DNA of 64,000 nucleotides from Candidatus Poribacteria bacterium (GCA_965215265.1 OZ244048.1:1152001-1216000); one strand, 5' to 3'; shown: positions 40,600-52,000, counted from the first letter of the stretch. Numbers and translations: made by a program. The notes: generated by a model from the letters alone, not told the origin.

Positions 40600-43299
40600 A
40601 TGAAATACCTGTTTGAAAATTTACGCGACGATACACAAAAGTGGCGCAGCACCGGATACCCGTGTACAGATTACCCACTCATCGCGGAAATCCTACGTTG
40701 GCAATTTGAAGGTGAACCGCAAGAGCAAATCGCCCTCAAATACCTCCGAGAACCGCAATTCCAAGCACTAGAAATCTATTGGTTCCTCAGATTGGTGCGA
40801 AAGACACCGCATATTGTCGATCTTTACAAGCACTATTACAGCGACGATAAACGCGACTTCTTTAAAGCGTTCGGGATTCCAATCGATCCAACCGAGCTCC
40901 AATGGATTCCTAATGTTGACACTGTCATTGACCGGGTAAGAACTGACCCTGAATTCGTTAAACAGAAGCGAATCGAGCCCGTTCATGAGGCTGTGACGCT
41001 CCCATACCCTAGCTATATCTTCGCGCTCGCGATGGGCACCGGCAAGACGGTACTCATCGCCACTATTATTGCCACCGAATTCGCCATGGCACTTCGATAT
41101 CCTGAAGGTAGCTTTATGAAAAATGCACTCGTCTTTGCACCCGGTACAACCATCATAGAGAGTTTACGCGAGATTAGCGCAGTTCCTTTCGAGAAAATCC
41201 TGCCCGCAAGCCTACACCGTGACTTCCTCGCGAATCTCAAGATGACCTATCCACAGACCGGCGCAAAAGAAATTCAAGTCCAACAAGGCAGCACTTACAA
41301 TGTCATCGTCACGAATACCGAGAAAATTAGCCTCAGGGCGAACCTGACGCGACGCACGAATCAGACAGAAATGGAGTTCGAGGAAAAAGAGAAAAAAGCG
41401 AAATTAGAGGCAAACCTCCGACTGCAAAAAATCGCAAGCCTACCCAATTTAGGGGTTTTTTCCGACGAAGCACACCATACTTACGGCAATAGAATGGATA
41501 AAGAACTCAAGCGAGTCCGTGAAACCGTCAACTACATCAATGAGGAAACGCGCCTCATCGCGGTTGTCAACACCACCGGTACGCCTTACTACAAACGGCA
41601 GATGCTCCGCGAAGTTGTCGCGTGGTACAGCCTCGGTGAAGGTATTGAGGATAATATCCTAAAAAGCCTCAATAACGGGATTATCCATTACGACATTGGT
41701 GAACGTTCTGATGAAGATGTAATCCGAGATGTGATTGTTGAATTTTTCAAGAACTACGATGGCGTTACGCTGTCCAACGGTGCAAAAGCGAAAATCGCTT
41801 TCTACTTCAAAACGCAAGACCATCTCGGTACCTCACGTCTCCACATTGAAAGAACATTGGCTGAACTCGGCAAGAGCCCAACTCTGATACTTGTTAATAC
41901 GCAGCGTTCAACTCAAACCGAGATTGACGAATTCAACCGACTTAACGATCCGGATAGTCAGAAGCGCATCCTACTCCTCATCGGTAAAGGTGTAGAAGGC
42001 TGGAATTGCCCGAGTCTATTTGCCTGTGCCTTAATTAAGGAACAGACAACAAGCAGCAACTTTGTCTTGCAAGCCTCAACGCGATGCCTCCGTCAAGTGC
42101 CCGGAAATACGCAGCCCGCCAAAATCTTTTTGGATACGAAGAACCGAAGCATTTTAGACAAGGAATTGCAGGACAACTTCGGAACTACCTTGCAAAATCT
42201 CGGTGGACACACCGCAGCTACAGAAGAAATTGAGCTCCGTATTCGCAAGCCAGAACTACCGGAACTGCAAATCTCACGGCTAATTTCTCGTGTTGTTCGG
42301 AAGGAACAGACCTCCGGCCCCTTGCAGTTGACAATTCCGGCTGAAGGAGTAGATGTCCCACCTATTCACCGGGCGACGCTAACACCGAATTTCACAAGCA
42401 GGACATCCCGACTCATAGGTAGAACGGAAATTGACGAGATTCCTTTGATGAACAGATCCACGGATTGCTATACGCTCTCGCGGCGCATCGCAGCAAATTA
42501 TCACCTCCCTTATATGCAAACGCTCAAAAGCCTCAAACTGCTCTATCCAGAAGGTGAGGTCCCCAATACGCACCTCCACCCGCTCTACCAACAAGTGGAA
42601 AACCAGTTGCAGAATTACGACGTAATTAACGAAGAGGTAACCGAAACCCTGGCACTCATTCGTACCCTTGATAAGGAGGGTAAGCCTGTTTTTGACGAGG
42701 AAGAAGATGGATACTACATTCACCGCTTACGTTTGCTCAAACGCACCGTAGAGCGAATGAAAGAGGGCGGCCTGTTGTTTGAAGCAGGAAACCTATTGGA
42801 CGAACACGATGTCACTTTCCACTATGCACCCTACAACTTTGATACCGTGCCAGAACGCCGCTTTTTTGAGGAAATTCTGAACACGGTCAACGCATCCGGG
42901 GACGACATCGACATCTTTCTATTTACCGGCGGATTAACGGATCCCAACAAAACGGATTTCCACTTTGAATACAAGGGTGTCGATGGCAATTATCACCGCT
43001 ATTTTCCCGACTTTGTCATTGTCAAGAAAACCGGTGCAGTTTTCATCGTCGAAATTAAGGCTGAAAGCGAACGGAACGATGAAACCGTCCAAGCCAAAAG
43101 CAAAGCAGTCGAACGTTTGCCGAAGTTGCAAGCCGCCGGTAGCGAATTGAAGTCGGTTCCACCTTTCAAATATCACGTTGTTTATACCACGACGAATCGA
43201 CTCCAAGAGAATCTCGACACGATTAGACCCGTCATAAATTGGATTCGTCCGACTGAAGACTCAGAAACAGGAGGAGCTTATGAAAATTACGCCGGTTAA
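40600..43299 (+). CDS. Type III restriction enzyme Res subunit
   Basis: AMGTGKT, SDEAHH, EGWNCP helicase motifs; C-terminal YFPDF...VEIK nuclease; overlaps mod. Confidence 0.9.
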   Translation: MKYLFENLRDDTQKWRSTGYPCTDYPLIAEILRWQFEGEPQEQIALKYLREPQFQALEIYWFLRLVRKTPHIVDLYKHYYSDDKRDFFKAFGIPIDPTELQWIPNVDTVIDRVRTDPEFVKQKRIEPVHEAVTLPYPSYIFALAMGTGKTVLIATIIATEFAMALRYPEGSFMKNALVFAPGTTIIESLREISAVPFEKILPASLHRDFLANLKMTYPQTGAKEIQVQQGSTYNVIVTNTEKISLRANLTRRTNQTEMEFEEKEKKAKLEANLRLQKIASLPNLGVFSDEAHHTYGNRMDKELKRVRETVNYINEETRLIAVVNTTGTPYYKRQMLREVVAWYSLGEGIEDNILKSLNNGIIHYDIGERSDEDVIRDVIVEFFKNYDGVTLSNGAKAKIAFYFKTQDHLGTSRLHIERTLAELGKSPTLILVNTQRSTQTEIDEFNRLNDPDSQKRILLLIGKGVEGWNCPSLFACALIKEQTTSSNFVLQASTRCLRQVPGNTQPAKIFLDTKNRSILDKELQDNFGTTLQNLGGHTAATEEIELRIRKPELPELQISRLISRVVRKEQTSGPLQLTIPAEGVDVPPIHRATLTPNFTSRTSRLIGRTEIDEIPLMNRSTDCYTLSRRIAANYHLPYMQTLKSLKLLYPEGEVPNTHLHPLYQQVENQLQNYDVINEEVTETLALIRTLDKEGKPVFDEEEDGYYIHRLRLLKRTVERMKEGGLLFEAGNLLDEHDVTFHYAPYNFDTVPERRFFEEILNTVNASGDDIDIFLFTGGLTDPNKTDFHFEYKGVDGNYHRYFPDFVIVKKTGAVFIVEIKAESERNDETVQAKSKAVERLPKLQAAGSELKSVPPFKYHVVYTTTNRLQENLDTIRPVINWIRPTEDSETGGAYENYAG

Positions 43300-45045
43300 A
43301 GGGAGAGCGATGCTGCACTGGGTGGGCAAACGCCCCATCGGCACGGTGAGCAACTATCCCGCCCAATTGGTGGAAACTTGTAACGTTGAAAACCCAGAGA
43401 AAGAGCCGCTATATGATGGATTTTTGGAGGGGCCGAACCTCGTTTTTCACGGCGACAACAAGGAGATCCTCTCCACCTTACTCGTCAACGGTTTCCGCAG
43501 TAAGATAGACCTCATCTACATTGACCCGCCCTTTGCCAGCGGTGCAGACTACGTTCGAAAGGTAAAACTCCGCGGCATTAGCAGGTCAACCTTGGATGAA
43601 GGTGCTGGGAACCCAGGTGGGAGTAGGGGGGGGGTAAACCTGCTTCTTTAACAGGCGAAGGTCACTCCATTATTGAACAGACACAATACACCGACATCTG
43701 GGCGAATGATAATTATCTCCAGTTCATGTTTGAGCGGCTTATCTTAATGCGCGAACTGCTTTCGGATGCCGGCTCTATTTACCTGCACTGTGACCCAACG
43801 ATGAGTCATTATCTGAAGTTGCTCATGGATGAAATTTTTAGTGGAATGTTTCGGAGAGAATTAATTTGGGCAATGCCGCGTCCTAGTGGATTTAAAACGC
43901 AAGCTCAGAATTGGATCCGAAATCATGATGTTATTCTCTATTACGCCACAGAAAATGCCATGTTTCATAAGCAATACGAACCTTATGAGGAGTCTTACCT
44001 CGCAAATTTCGATAAATCGGACGAAAAAGGACGATATTGGCTGCGCAATGGGCAAAAGAGAAGATTAGGGAAAGGCTATACACTCGGAGATGTCTGGACT
44101 GACATCGACTCTATGCAAACGCAATCCGTGAGTCTGAGTGAAGGGCTTGGCTACCCTACCCAGAAACCGGAGGCTCTAATAGCCCGCATCATCAAAGCGT
44201 CAAGCAATGAAGACTCCATCGTGCTTGATTGCTTCGTGGGCAGTGGCACCACCGCAGTCGTGGCTGAAAAACTCCGCAGACGCTGGATTGCCGCAGATCT
44301 GAACAGAGGCGCGATACAGACGACAATGAAACGCATCCAGACAACCATTGCCGAACACCGCGGAATCGCTCACTATCGCATCAATAACTATCACTTTGGC
44401 AAAGAACAGGAACTCCATCGGCTTGTCATAGAAAAGTATGGTGTCGAAACGGACAAGAAAGACCGCTTCTTTGACGGCACCGTAGAGGGGACGCTTGTCA
44501 AAATCGTTGAGCTGACAAAACCGCTCACCCGATTAGATATTCAACTTATCAAAGACGAACTTCAGCACCGCCCTGATGAGGCACGCGCTGTTACAGTCCT
44601 CTGCAACGGCAGCGAGTTGGGAATACAAGCCGAACTTGACGCAGAAAACAAGCGGCACCCGATTAATCAACTCATCGTGCGGGACATCCAACGCGACGGT
44701 GTCACTACCTTCGCCCCTGCTGAAGCAGAAGTTGACTTCAAAAGAGACGGGCAACACGTTACCATCACCCTCGTAGATTATATCAGTCCGAGCCTCTTAG
44801 GGCGTTTGGAGATAGCCCGCACCCTCTTTGACGAACAAGTTGATGATTTCCGTGCGCAGATTGATTGCGTGCTGATAGATACGGACTACAACGGCACGCA
44901 TTTCAGAATCGTTGAGAGTGATGTGCCGGAGCAGAGAACCGATTTTATCAGGGGCCAATACACGGTAGTGCTGCCGCGCCGTGATGCCCGTGTTGCCGTC
45001 AAGATTATTGATATGCTTGGCGAGGAAACTCTCATCACAGAATAA
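43280..45045 (+). CDS. Type III Mod DNA methyltransferase, copy 1, out of frame at G9 (43626-43634)
   Basis: IDPPF in 43280-43651; PTQKP and DCFVGSGTT in 43726-45045. G7 or G10 would fuse the two frames. Confidence 0.85.
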
Positions 45046-45087
45046 CATCAGAAAAAGGACCTGAAGCCCTATGCGAGAGGAGAACTC

Positions 45088-46849
45088 ATGAAAATTACGC
45101 CGGTTAAAGGGAGAGCAATGCTGCACTGGGTGGGCAAACGCCCCATCGGCACGGTGAGCAACTATCCCGCCCAATTGGTGGAAACTTATAACGTTGAAAA
45201 CCCAGAGAAAGAGCCGCTATATGATGGATTTTTGGAGGGGCCGAACCTCGTTTTTCACGGCGACAACAAGGAGATCCTCTCCACCTTACTCGTCAACGGT
45301 TTCCGCAGTAAGATAGACCTCATCTACATTGACCCGCCCTTTGCCAGCGGTGCAGACTACGTTCGAAAGGTAAAACTCCGCGGCATTAGCAGGTCAACCT
45401 TGGATGAAGGTGCTGGGAACCCAGGTGGGAGTAGGGGGGGGTAAACCTGCTTCTTTAACAGGCGAAGGCCCCTCCATTATTGAACAGACACAATACACCG
45501 ACATCTGGGCGAATGATAACTATCTCCAATTCATGTTTGAACGCCTGATCTTGATGCGAGAGCTGCTGAGTGAAAAAGGGAGCATCTACCTGCACTGCGA
45601 CTGGCATAAGAGCCATCATCTCCGTATGCTCCTCGATGAAGTGTTCGGCGAACAGAACTTCGTCAATGAGATTGTCTGGAAATATAACTGGGCGAGCACA
45701 GTAAAAAAGAAGTTCTCCCAAAAACATGACACGATTTTCTGGTACGCCAAAAGTGCTGAAGAGTGGATTTTCAATTTAGACGAGATGCGGGAACTGTATA
45801 CAGAAACACAATTGAAGGGCTATAAACAGGATGAAGATGGGTATTATACATTGGACTCTTCGGGGAAAAAATGGTACGCACATTCAAAAGGACAATTGCC
45901 CGCAGACCTGTTTGAAATTGGTATTATCAGCAGAAGCGCAAAAGAACGGCAAAAATTTCCTACCCAGAAACCGGAGGCTCTAATAGCCCGCATCATCAAA
46001 GCGTCAAGCAAGGAAGACTCCATCGTGCTTGATTGCTTCGTGGGAAGCGGCACCACCGCAGTCGTGGCTGAAAAACTCCGCAGACGCTGGATTGCCGCAG
46101 ATCTGAACAGAGGGGCCATACAGACGACAATGAAACGCATCCAGACAACTATTGCCGAACACCGCGGAATCGCTCACTATCGCATCAATAACTATCACTT
46201 TGGCAAAGAACAGGAACTCCATCGGCTTGTCATAGAAAAGTATGGTGTCGAAACGGACAAGAAAGACCGCTTCTTTGACGGCACCGTAGACGGAACCCTC
46301 GTCAAAATCGTTGAGCTGACGAAACCGCTCACCCGATTAGATATTCAACTTATCAAAGACGAACTGCAGCACCGCCCTGATGAGACGCGCTCGGTGACGG
46401 TGCTCTGCAACGGCAGCGAGCTGGGAATACAAGCTGAACTTGACGCAGAAAACAAGCGGCACCCGATTAATAAACTCATCGTGCGGGACATCCAACGCGA
46501 CGGGGTTACAACCTTCGCCCCTGCCGAAGCAGAAGTTGCCTTCAAAAGAGATGGGCAACACGTCACCATTACCCTCGTAGATTATATCAGTCCGAGCCTC
46601 TTAGGGCGTTTGGAGATAGCCCGCACCCTCTTTGACGAACAAGTTGATGATTTCCGTGCGCAGATTGATTGCGTGCTGATAGATACGGACTACAACGGCA
46701 CGCATTTCAGAATCGTTGAGAGTGATTTGCCGGAGAAGCAGAGCGATTTTATCAAAGGCCAATACACGGTAGTGCTGCCGCGCCGTGATGCCCGTGTTGC
46801 CGTCAAGATTATTGATATGCTTGGCGAGGAAACGGTAGTAACGGGATAA
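45088..46849 (+). CDS. Type III Mod DNA methyltransferase, copy 2, out of frame at G8 (45434-45441)
   Basis: Near-identical N- and C-terminal parts to copy 1 with a different central region. G7 or G10 would restore the frame. Confidence 0.85.
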
Positions 46850-46913
46850 ACACTCTCTTTCAGAATCTCCAGCTGCCGGACTTCCAACCGTGTGAACGAT
46901 ATCCCCATTGCAC

Positions 46914-46957
46914 TGTCAACAAATTTTTGTTGACAATAGCTGCAACCGTGTTATGGT
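46914..46957 (+). promoter_or_regulatory. Promoter whose -35 overlaps a palindrome (candidate operator)
   Basis: TGTCAACAAA-TT-TTTGTTGACA perfect inverted repeat (46914-46935); TTGACA, 16-nt spacer, TATGGT. Confidence 0.45.
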
Positions 46958-46989
46958 ACGTTTTAATTTAACAGAGGAGGAATTCTTTC

Positions 46990-47714
46990 ATGAAACTGAT
47001 TAAGTTTTTGGCATTGACGTTATTCTTGTCTGCTTTCAGTCTGCTTTGGACTGGCGTAACCTCAGCATTAGATGAATGGGTTTTTGTTGACATTGAATCT
47101 TACTCTAACACGAAACTGGTCGAGCACGAGTGGTGGACGTTGAATCCGGGCGACAGCACGCTGTCCCGCTTGCCTATTGGTGAGATTGGTGAATTTGAAG
47201 GACCTGACAAAAAAGTGGAGTTCCAGATTATAGACGGTGCCATCGTCCTGTTCGGTACCAATGCTGTGAAGTGGCCGAAGGCGGTTGAAGACATTGCTGT
47301 TGAAGGTAAGGCGACATTCATCTATTTTCTTACGCAACCGGTTGGGAACAGAACGGGGTGCCGAGTTACAAATTTGTGATGAACTATCAAAATGGCAAGA
47401 AGGAAGAATTTGAAATGATTTCCGGGCATAACTCAGATGATTGGTTCCACGATGGTACACCGCTTGCCGATGATAACTCTGTGTGGGGATGGATTCTGAA
47501 AGAAGGAGGTCCTTGTGGGCATGCAGGGTTGGTGAATACCAAATGGGAAAATCCGCATCCAGAGGTCTGGATTGATACAATAGATGCAATCTCTTTAGAG
47601 TTGGGCTCAGTGCCGATTATCCCCGCCATTACATTGGGCGAAGCGACGCTTGCAGTCGAACCTATGTCGAAATTGACAGTGAGATGGGGCAGTCTAAAAG
47701 ACTCTCGTGATTAA
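46990..47714 (+). pseudogene. Secreted protein with an AVEPxxKLxxxWGxLK tail, split by a 1-nt frameshift near 47330
   Basis: Signal peptide. IYFL continues as (H)ATGWEQNGVPSYKF in the other frame. May be a sequencing error. Confidence 0.7.
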
Positions 47715-47716
47715 GA

Positions 47717-47745
47717 TTGACTTTCTGCTCTATGCATGCTATAAT
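47717..47745 (+). promoter_or_regulatory. Sigma70 promoter of groEL
   Basis: TTGACT, 17-nt spacer, TG-extended TATAAT. Confidence 0.7.
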
Positions 47746-47811
47746 TAAGCATATTACCAAAAACAATTAGGTGCGATCTCCCGATCGCGATGCTTCTATA
47801 GGAGGAATGTA

Positions 47812-49446
47812 ATGCCAGCAAAGCAGATTATCTTTGACGAAGAGGCGAGGGTCTCTCTCAAGCGCGGGGCAGACACACTCGCCAATGCCGTCAAGGTTAC
47901 ACTCGGCCCACAGGGGAAAAACGTGGTGATTCAAAAATCTTTCGGTGCACCGCTGGTAACCTGTGACGGCGTGACCGTGGCAAAAGAAATTGAACTCGAA
48001 GACCCCTACGAAAATATGGGTGCCCAGCTGCTGGAATCCATCGCAACTAAAACAAACGATATCGCCGGCGACGGCACCACCACCGCCACTCTGTTAGGAC
48101 AAGAAATCCTTCATGAAGGGCTCAAGAACGTTACCGCCGGCGCAGATCCGATGCAGTTGAAAATCGGCATTGATAAAGCAGTCATCGCAGCCGTTGAGGC
48201 TATTAGCACGCAAAGCCGAGAAGTCAGAAGCCATGAGGAAATCTTGCAGGTTGCTTCCATCGCCGCAAACGACCCGGCAAACGCCAGCGATATTGGGACT
48301 ATCATCGCAGAAGCAATAGAAAGAGTTGGAAATGACGGAGCAATCACGATTGAAGAAGGGAAAACTTCTGAGACGACTGTTGATATCGTTGAAGGAATGC
48401 AGTTTGACCGCGGTTTCTTATCTGCCAATTTCGTCACAGATCCGCAATCACAAGTCGTTGAATTTGAGAACCCTTTCATTCTCATTAATACTGAGAAAAT
48501 TTCAAATGTGACAGACCTCGTTCCGATTATGGAAAAAGTCATGCAGCTCGGGCGGCCCTTGCTGATTATCGCCGAGGATGTTGAAGGCGAAGCATTATCC
48601 ACATTAGTAGTGAACAAACTCCGTGGCACGCTTCAGGTTGCTGCTGTCAAGGCACCGGGCTTCGGTGACCGGCGCAAAGAAATGCTTGAGGACATTGCAA
48701 CATTAGCCGGGGGCCAGGTCATCGCCGCAGACACCGGAATCCGATTAGAAAACATCGTCGTCGGTATGTTAGGCACGGCACGACGGGTTGTGATTGACAA
48801 GGACAATACCACGATTGTCGGCGGCAGCGGAGCCAAGGACGACGTTGAGGGGAGAGTCACCCAGATTCGGACCCAGATTGAAGAGACTACCTCCGATTAT
48901 GACCGGGAAAAATTGGAAGAACGGCTCGCGAAACTTGCTGGTGGTGTTGCTGTTATCGACGTGGGGGCTGCAACCGAAGTCGAAATGAAGGAGAAAAAGG
49001 CACGGTTTGAAGATGCACTCGCAGCAACGCGCGCCGCAATTGAGGAAGGCATCGTTCCGGGCGGCGGGGTTGCACTCCTACGGGCCGCAAACGGACTTGA
49101 TACACTCCAATTAGATGGAGACCAAGCCACCGGGCTCAACATTGTCAAACGGGGCTTGCTTTCTCCTATCCGAGCTATCGCTGAAAACGCAGGAGAAGAA
49201 GGTTCTATTGTCGTTGCCAAAGTCCAAGAGGGAGAAGGCAATTACGGATTCAACGCCGCGACTGCGCAGTACAGTGATATGATTGAAGACGGAATTGTAG
49301 ACCCCACAAAGGTTGTACGCTCTGCCCTGCAGAATGCATCCAGCATTGCCGGATTGCTGTTGACAACGGAAAGCTTGATCACTGAGATTGAGGAACCGCC
49401 TGAAGCCGCACCCGCAGCTGATCCGCATGCCGGTCACTTCCACTAA
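47812..49446 (+). CDS. groEL: Chaperonin GroEL
   Basis: [34 protein letters not shown]. Confidence 0.97.
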   Translation: MPAKQIIFDEEARVSLKRGADTLANAVKVTLGPQGKNVVIQKSFGAPLVTCDGVTVAKEIELEDPYENMGAQLLESIATKTNDIAGDGTTTATLLGQEILHEGLKNVTAGADPMQLKIGIDKAVIAAVEAISTQSREVRSHEEILQVASIAANDPANASDIGTIIAEAIERVGNDGAITIEEGKTSETTVDIVEGMQFDRGFLSANFVTDPQSQVVEFENPFILINTEKISNVTDLVPIMEKVMQLGRPLLIIAEDVEGEALSTLVVNKLRGTLQVAAVKAPGFGDRRKEMLEDIATLAGGQVIAADTGIRLENIVVGMLGTARRVVIDKDNTTIVGGSGAKDDVEGRVTQIRTQIEETTSDYDREKLEERLAKLAGGVAVIDVGAATEVEMKEKKARFEDALAATRAAIEEGIVPGGGVALLRAANGLDTLQLDGDQATGLNIVKRGLLSPIRAIAENAGEEGSIVVAKVQEGEGNYGFNAATAQYSDMIEDGIVDPTKVVRSALQNASSIAGLLLTTESLITEIEEPPEAAPAADPHAGHFH

Positions 49447-49463
49447 AACTTTTATTCATGTCC

Positions 49464-49485
49464 GGGCGGGTCTTCTGGCCCGCCC
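49464..49485. terminator. GC-rich hairpin between convergent genes
   Basis: GGGCGGGTC-TTCT-GGCCCGCCC downstream of the groEL stop. Confidence 0.45.
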
Positions 49486-49502
49486 ACCTTGGCAATTTAG
49501 AA

Positions 49503-50051
49503 CTACCGGATGTCATAACGCGGCTCCAGCCCACTATCCCAATCACAGTCGAGACAAAACATCTCTGCCGGGGCAAAATAATGAATGTTTTTGCTTCGAC
49601 ACTCGGGGCAAATTTCCACCGGCTTTTCCATTTTATCTCCTTCTTCCTGAATATTGATATGATACACTTTGATCTGCCCAGGATAACGGTGCCCCATCGG
49701 ACAACGAATAAGGGGGCGACTATCGTTCTCAAAACGTTCAATCCGCTCCCGAAGGAACGTGAGCTGCTGGTAGCAGATCGGACACAAGTTTGGGACCAAC
49801 TCCTTCACGATGAGCAGATCTGTATTCTCAGCACGAATAGAAACGGCCACAGCGAAGTGATACTCAAGCTGCAATCGGTAAGTACTTTTCACCTGGCTTG
49901 ATTTTACGGCTGGGTTTATCAATTCTGAGATAAGTTTTTCGTAACTTCCCGGGCTCAAGACTAACTCTGTCGGAATGAGGCTACCACCTCTTAAACTAGA
50001 GAGAAGTTGATAGATACGTTCTAAAATTGCCGGTCCCTCCTGAGCGTTCAA
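49503..50051 (-). CDS. Hypothetical protein with two zinc-ribbon motifs
   Basis: CPIC...CPMGH and CPEC...CLDC; TTG start uncertain. Confidence 0.55.
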   Translation of the reverse strand: MNAQEGPAILERIYQLLSSLRGGSLIPTELVLSPGSYEKLISELINPAVKSSQVKSTYRLQLEYHFAVAVSIRAENTDLLIVKELVPNLCPICYQQLTFLRERIERFENDSRPLIRCPMGHRYPGQIKVYHINIQEEGDKMEKPVEICPECRSKNIHYFAPAEMFCLDCDWDSGLEPRYDIR

Positions 50052-50099
50052 AAGCGATTTATAGACAAAACGCGTCTACCCGGCTTGACGAGATAGATA

Positions 50100-50474
50100 C
50101 TATACAGTCCTGTCATCAGGTGGTTTAGAGACAAGTGAGCGTTCAGAGGGTTGGGCTAATGGAGACTTTCCAAGTTGCGGACGATACACTTCTGCCGGCT
50201 GATTGCGCAGAATAATCAGGTCATCGCCATCGCGCTCAATGATATCGTCCGGCATTAACGTGGTTTCAAATTTCCTCATGCTGGTCATAAAATTAATAGT
50301 AATGCGCGCGGCTTCACTCATCCGGATACGCCAGCCCCCTTCCGTTTTGACACGAGTAAACCGCTTCCCGATATCAATAGACTGCATCTGAGCAGCATTG
50401 ATGATAACACCACTTTCCGCCTCCACCATAAATGTTGTTTCTGTTGTATTACTTTTGCCGTTTTCTTCAACCAT
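50100..50474 (-). CDS. Hypothetical protein
   Basis: 124-aa ATG ORF with RBS GGAG. Confidence 0.65.
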   Translation of the reverse strand: MVEENGKSNTTETTFMVEAESGVIINAAQMQSIDIGKRFTRVKTEGGWRIRMSEAARITINFMTSMRKFETTLMPDDIIERDGDDLIILRNQPAEVYRPQLGKSPLAQPSERSLVSKPPDDRTV

Positions 50475-50697
50475 CTTATACTCCGTAGATATTACCGCAA
50501 TATCGGAACCGTTGACGGGTCCGGTGATGTGAAAAATAGAATGTAAAATTTATTAAATTTTATCATAGCGGGGAACGCATTGTCAACCTATTTTTTTTAT
50601 TGGAATTGAAAAAATGGATAACCTCTGATAAAATAGATTGTATTGAAAGAATAGGCTGCTCATGTTGACTGTCCAGTCGTAAAAAAGGAGAAACATA

Positions 50698-51234
50698 GTG
50701 AAATCTATAGTTGTAGTTACGATGCTCTTTCTGCTCACCTTCTCTGCCTGCGGAACTACCTTCTTGCAAACTTTTGACGATCGGAACCTTAAAAATTTGC
50801 AGGAACTAAACCAACATAACGTCTCGGGGTTTTGGAAGACTATCAATGGTGAACTCAAGGCGATAAGTTGTTAAGAGGTACCCCATCTAATTACCATTGG
50901 GGATGAGACGTGTCAAAATTACAACACTGAAATAGATGTCAAGCCGCTTAAAAAACATGGTCTTGGAAATATTGCAATTGCCGTGCAGATTCAAGGTGCC
51001 TGGTTGGTTTACTGCACAATTGATGATTTGCCTTTTCGCAGAGAAGCAGCTAGCGCTGCGGAGCTCGCAGGCAATTTTTATGATCATAGCTCGGTTATCT
51101 TCCATTTTGAAACGAGCCTATTTTTGAGATTAAACGAATAGTCAACTCTAAAGTTAGGTTTTCAGGATCATATCATTAGTTTTTGGATTAACGGTGAGCA
51201 AGTTTTCAAAACGCTAGACATTCCGGGGGCTAAG
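50698..51234 (+). pseudogene. Degraded gene for a secreted beta-sandwich protein
   Basis: RBS AAGGAG then GTG; signal peptide then GTTFLQTFDD...GFWKTINGEL; in-frame stops at 50872 (TAA) and 51139 (TAG), with protein-like sequence continuing (DVKPLKKHG, FWINGEQ). Confidence 0.55.
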
Positions 51235-51245
51235 GAAAAATCAGA

Positions 51246-51944
51246 ATGCAAGCCATTATTCTCTGCGGGGGTCTTGCTACCCGATTAGGGGAGACGACGA
51301 AATATATCCCCAAGATTTTGCTCGACATCGCCGGAAAAACGGTGTTGGAGTGGCAGATTCGCCTGCTGCAAGAGGCGAATGTTGAGGAGATTGTCCTTGC
51401 CTCGGGGCACCTGCACGATGTCCTCTATGAATACGTTGGGGACTGCTATACGGGGACGTGCATTTGCTATGCCAAAGAGGAGAAAAGACTTGGCACTGGG
51501 GGCGCGATTGCTAACGCGATGCAACAAATTCGCACTTCTCCATTTTTTGTTCTGAACGGCGACATCCTCCTTGCGAATTTCTCACTCCGAGAGATGTTAG
51601 AGCGCTTTCATCGGAAAATGGCAGGACTACTACTGAGCGTGCAAGTTGATGATATTCGGCCTTATGGCGAGATTGCATTCGATAGCACGGGTAAAATCAC
51701 CGCGTTTCGTGAGAAGCAGCCTAACCACCAAGCCGGTTACATCAACAGTGGCATATACCTTTTTAGTCAAACCATCGCAGACGCGTTTCCTAAAGATCAA
51801 GAGAATTTCTCCATAGAACGTGACGTTTTTCCCTATCTCTCCAATCTCTATACGTTGAAAACTGCTGCAGATTGGATAGATATCGGTGTTCCAGAGCGGC
51901 TGGCGTACGCCCGAGAACATTTCGGCGCGAAAACCGTCCCGTGA
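51246..51944 (+). CDS. Sugar-phosphate nucleotidyltransferase
   Basis: IILCGGLATRL...PK, LGTGGAI, NGD, WIDIG. Confidence 0.9.
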   Translation: MQAIILCGGLATRLGETTKYIPKILLDIAGKTVLEWQIRLLQEANVEEIVLASGHLHDVLYEYVGDCYTGTCICYAKEEKRLGTGGAIANAMQQIRTSPFFVLNGDILLANFSLREMLERFHRKMAGLLLSVQVDDIRPYGEIAFDSTGKITAFREKQPNHQAGYINSGIYLFSQTIADAFPKDQENFSIERDVFPYLSNLYTLKTAADWIDIGVPERLAYAREHFGAKTVP

Positions 51945-52000
51945 ACCCCCTGAGAACTATAGCGAACAGATGCTCAGGCCCACCTAGTGAAAAAATCGTC

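Noticed and set aside
47715-47811. CIRCE element upstream of groEL
   Set aside because: TTAGCACTC-N9-GAGTGCTAA is absent; only a short GCGATC-TCCC-GATCGC palindrome is present.
48111-49443. Long antisense ORFs over groEL, and similar shadow ORFs throughout the window
   Set aside because: They are by-products of codon bias on the opposite strand of well-supported genes.
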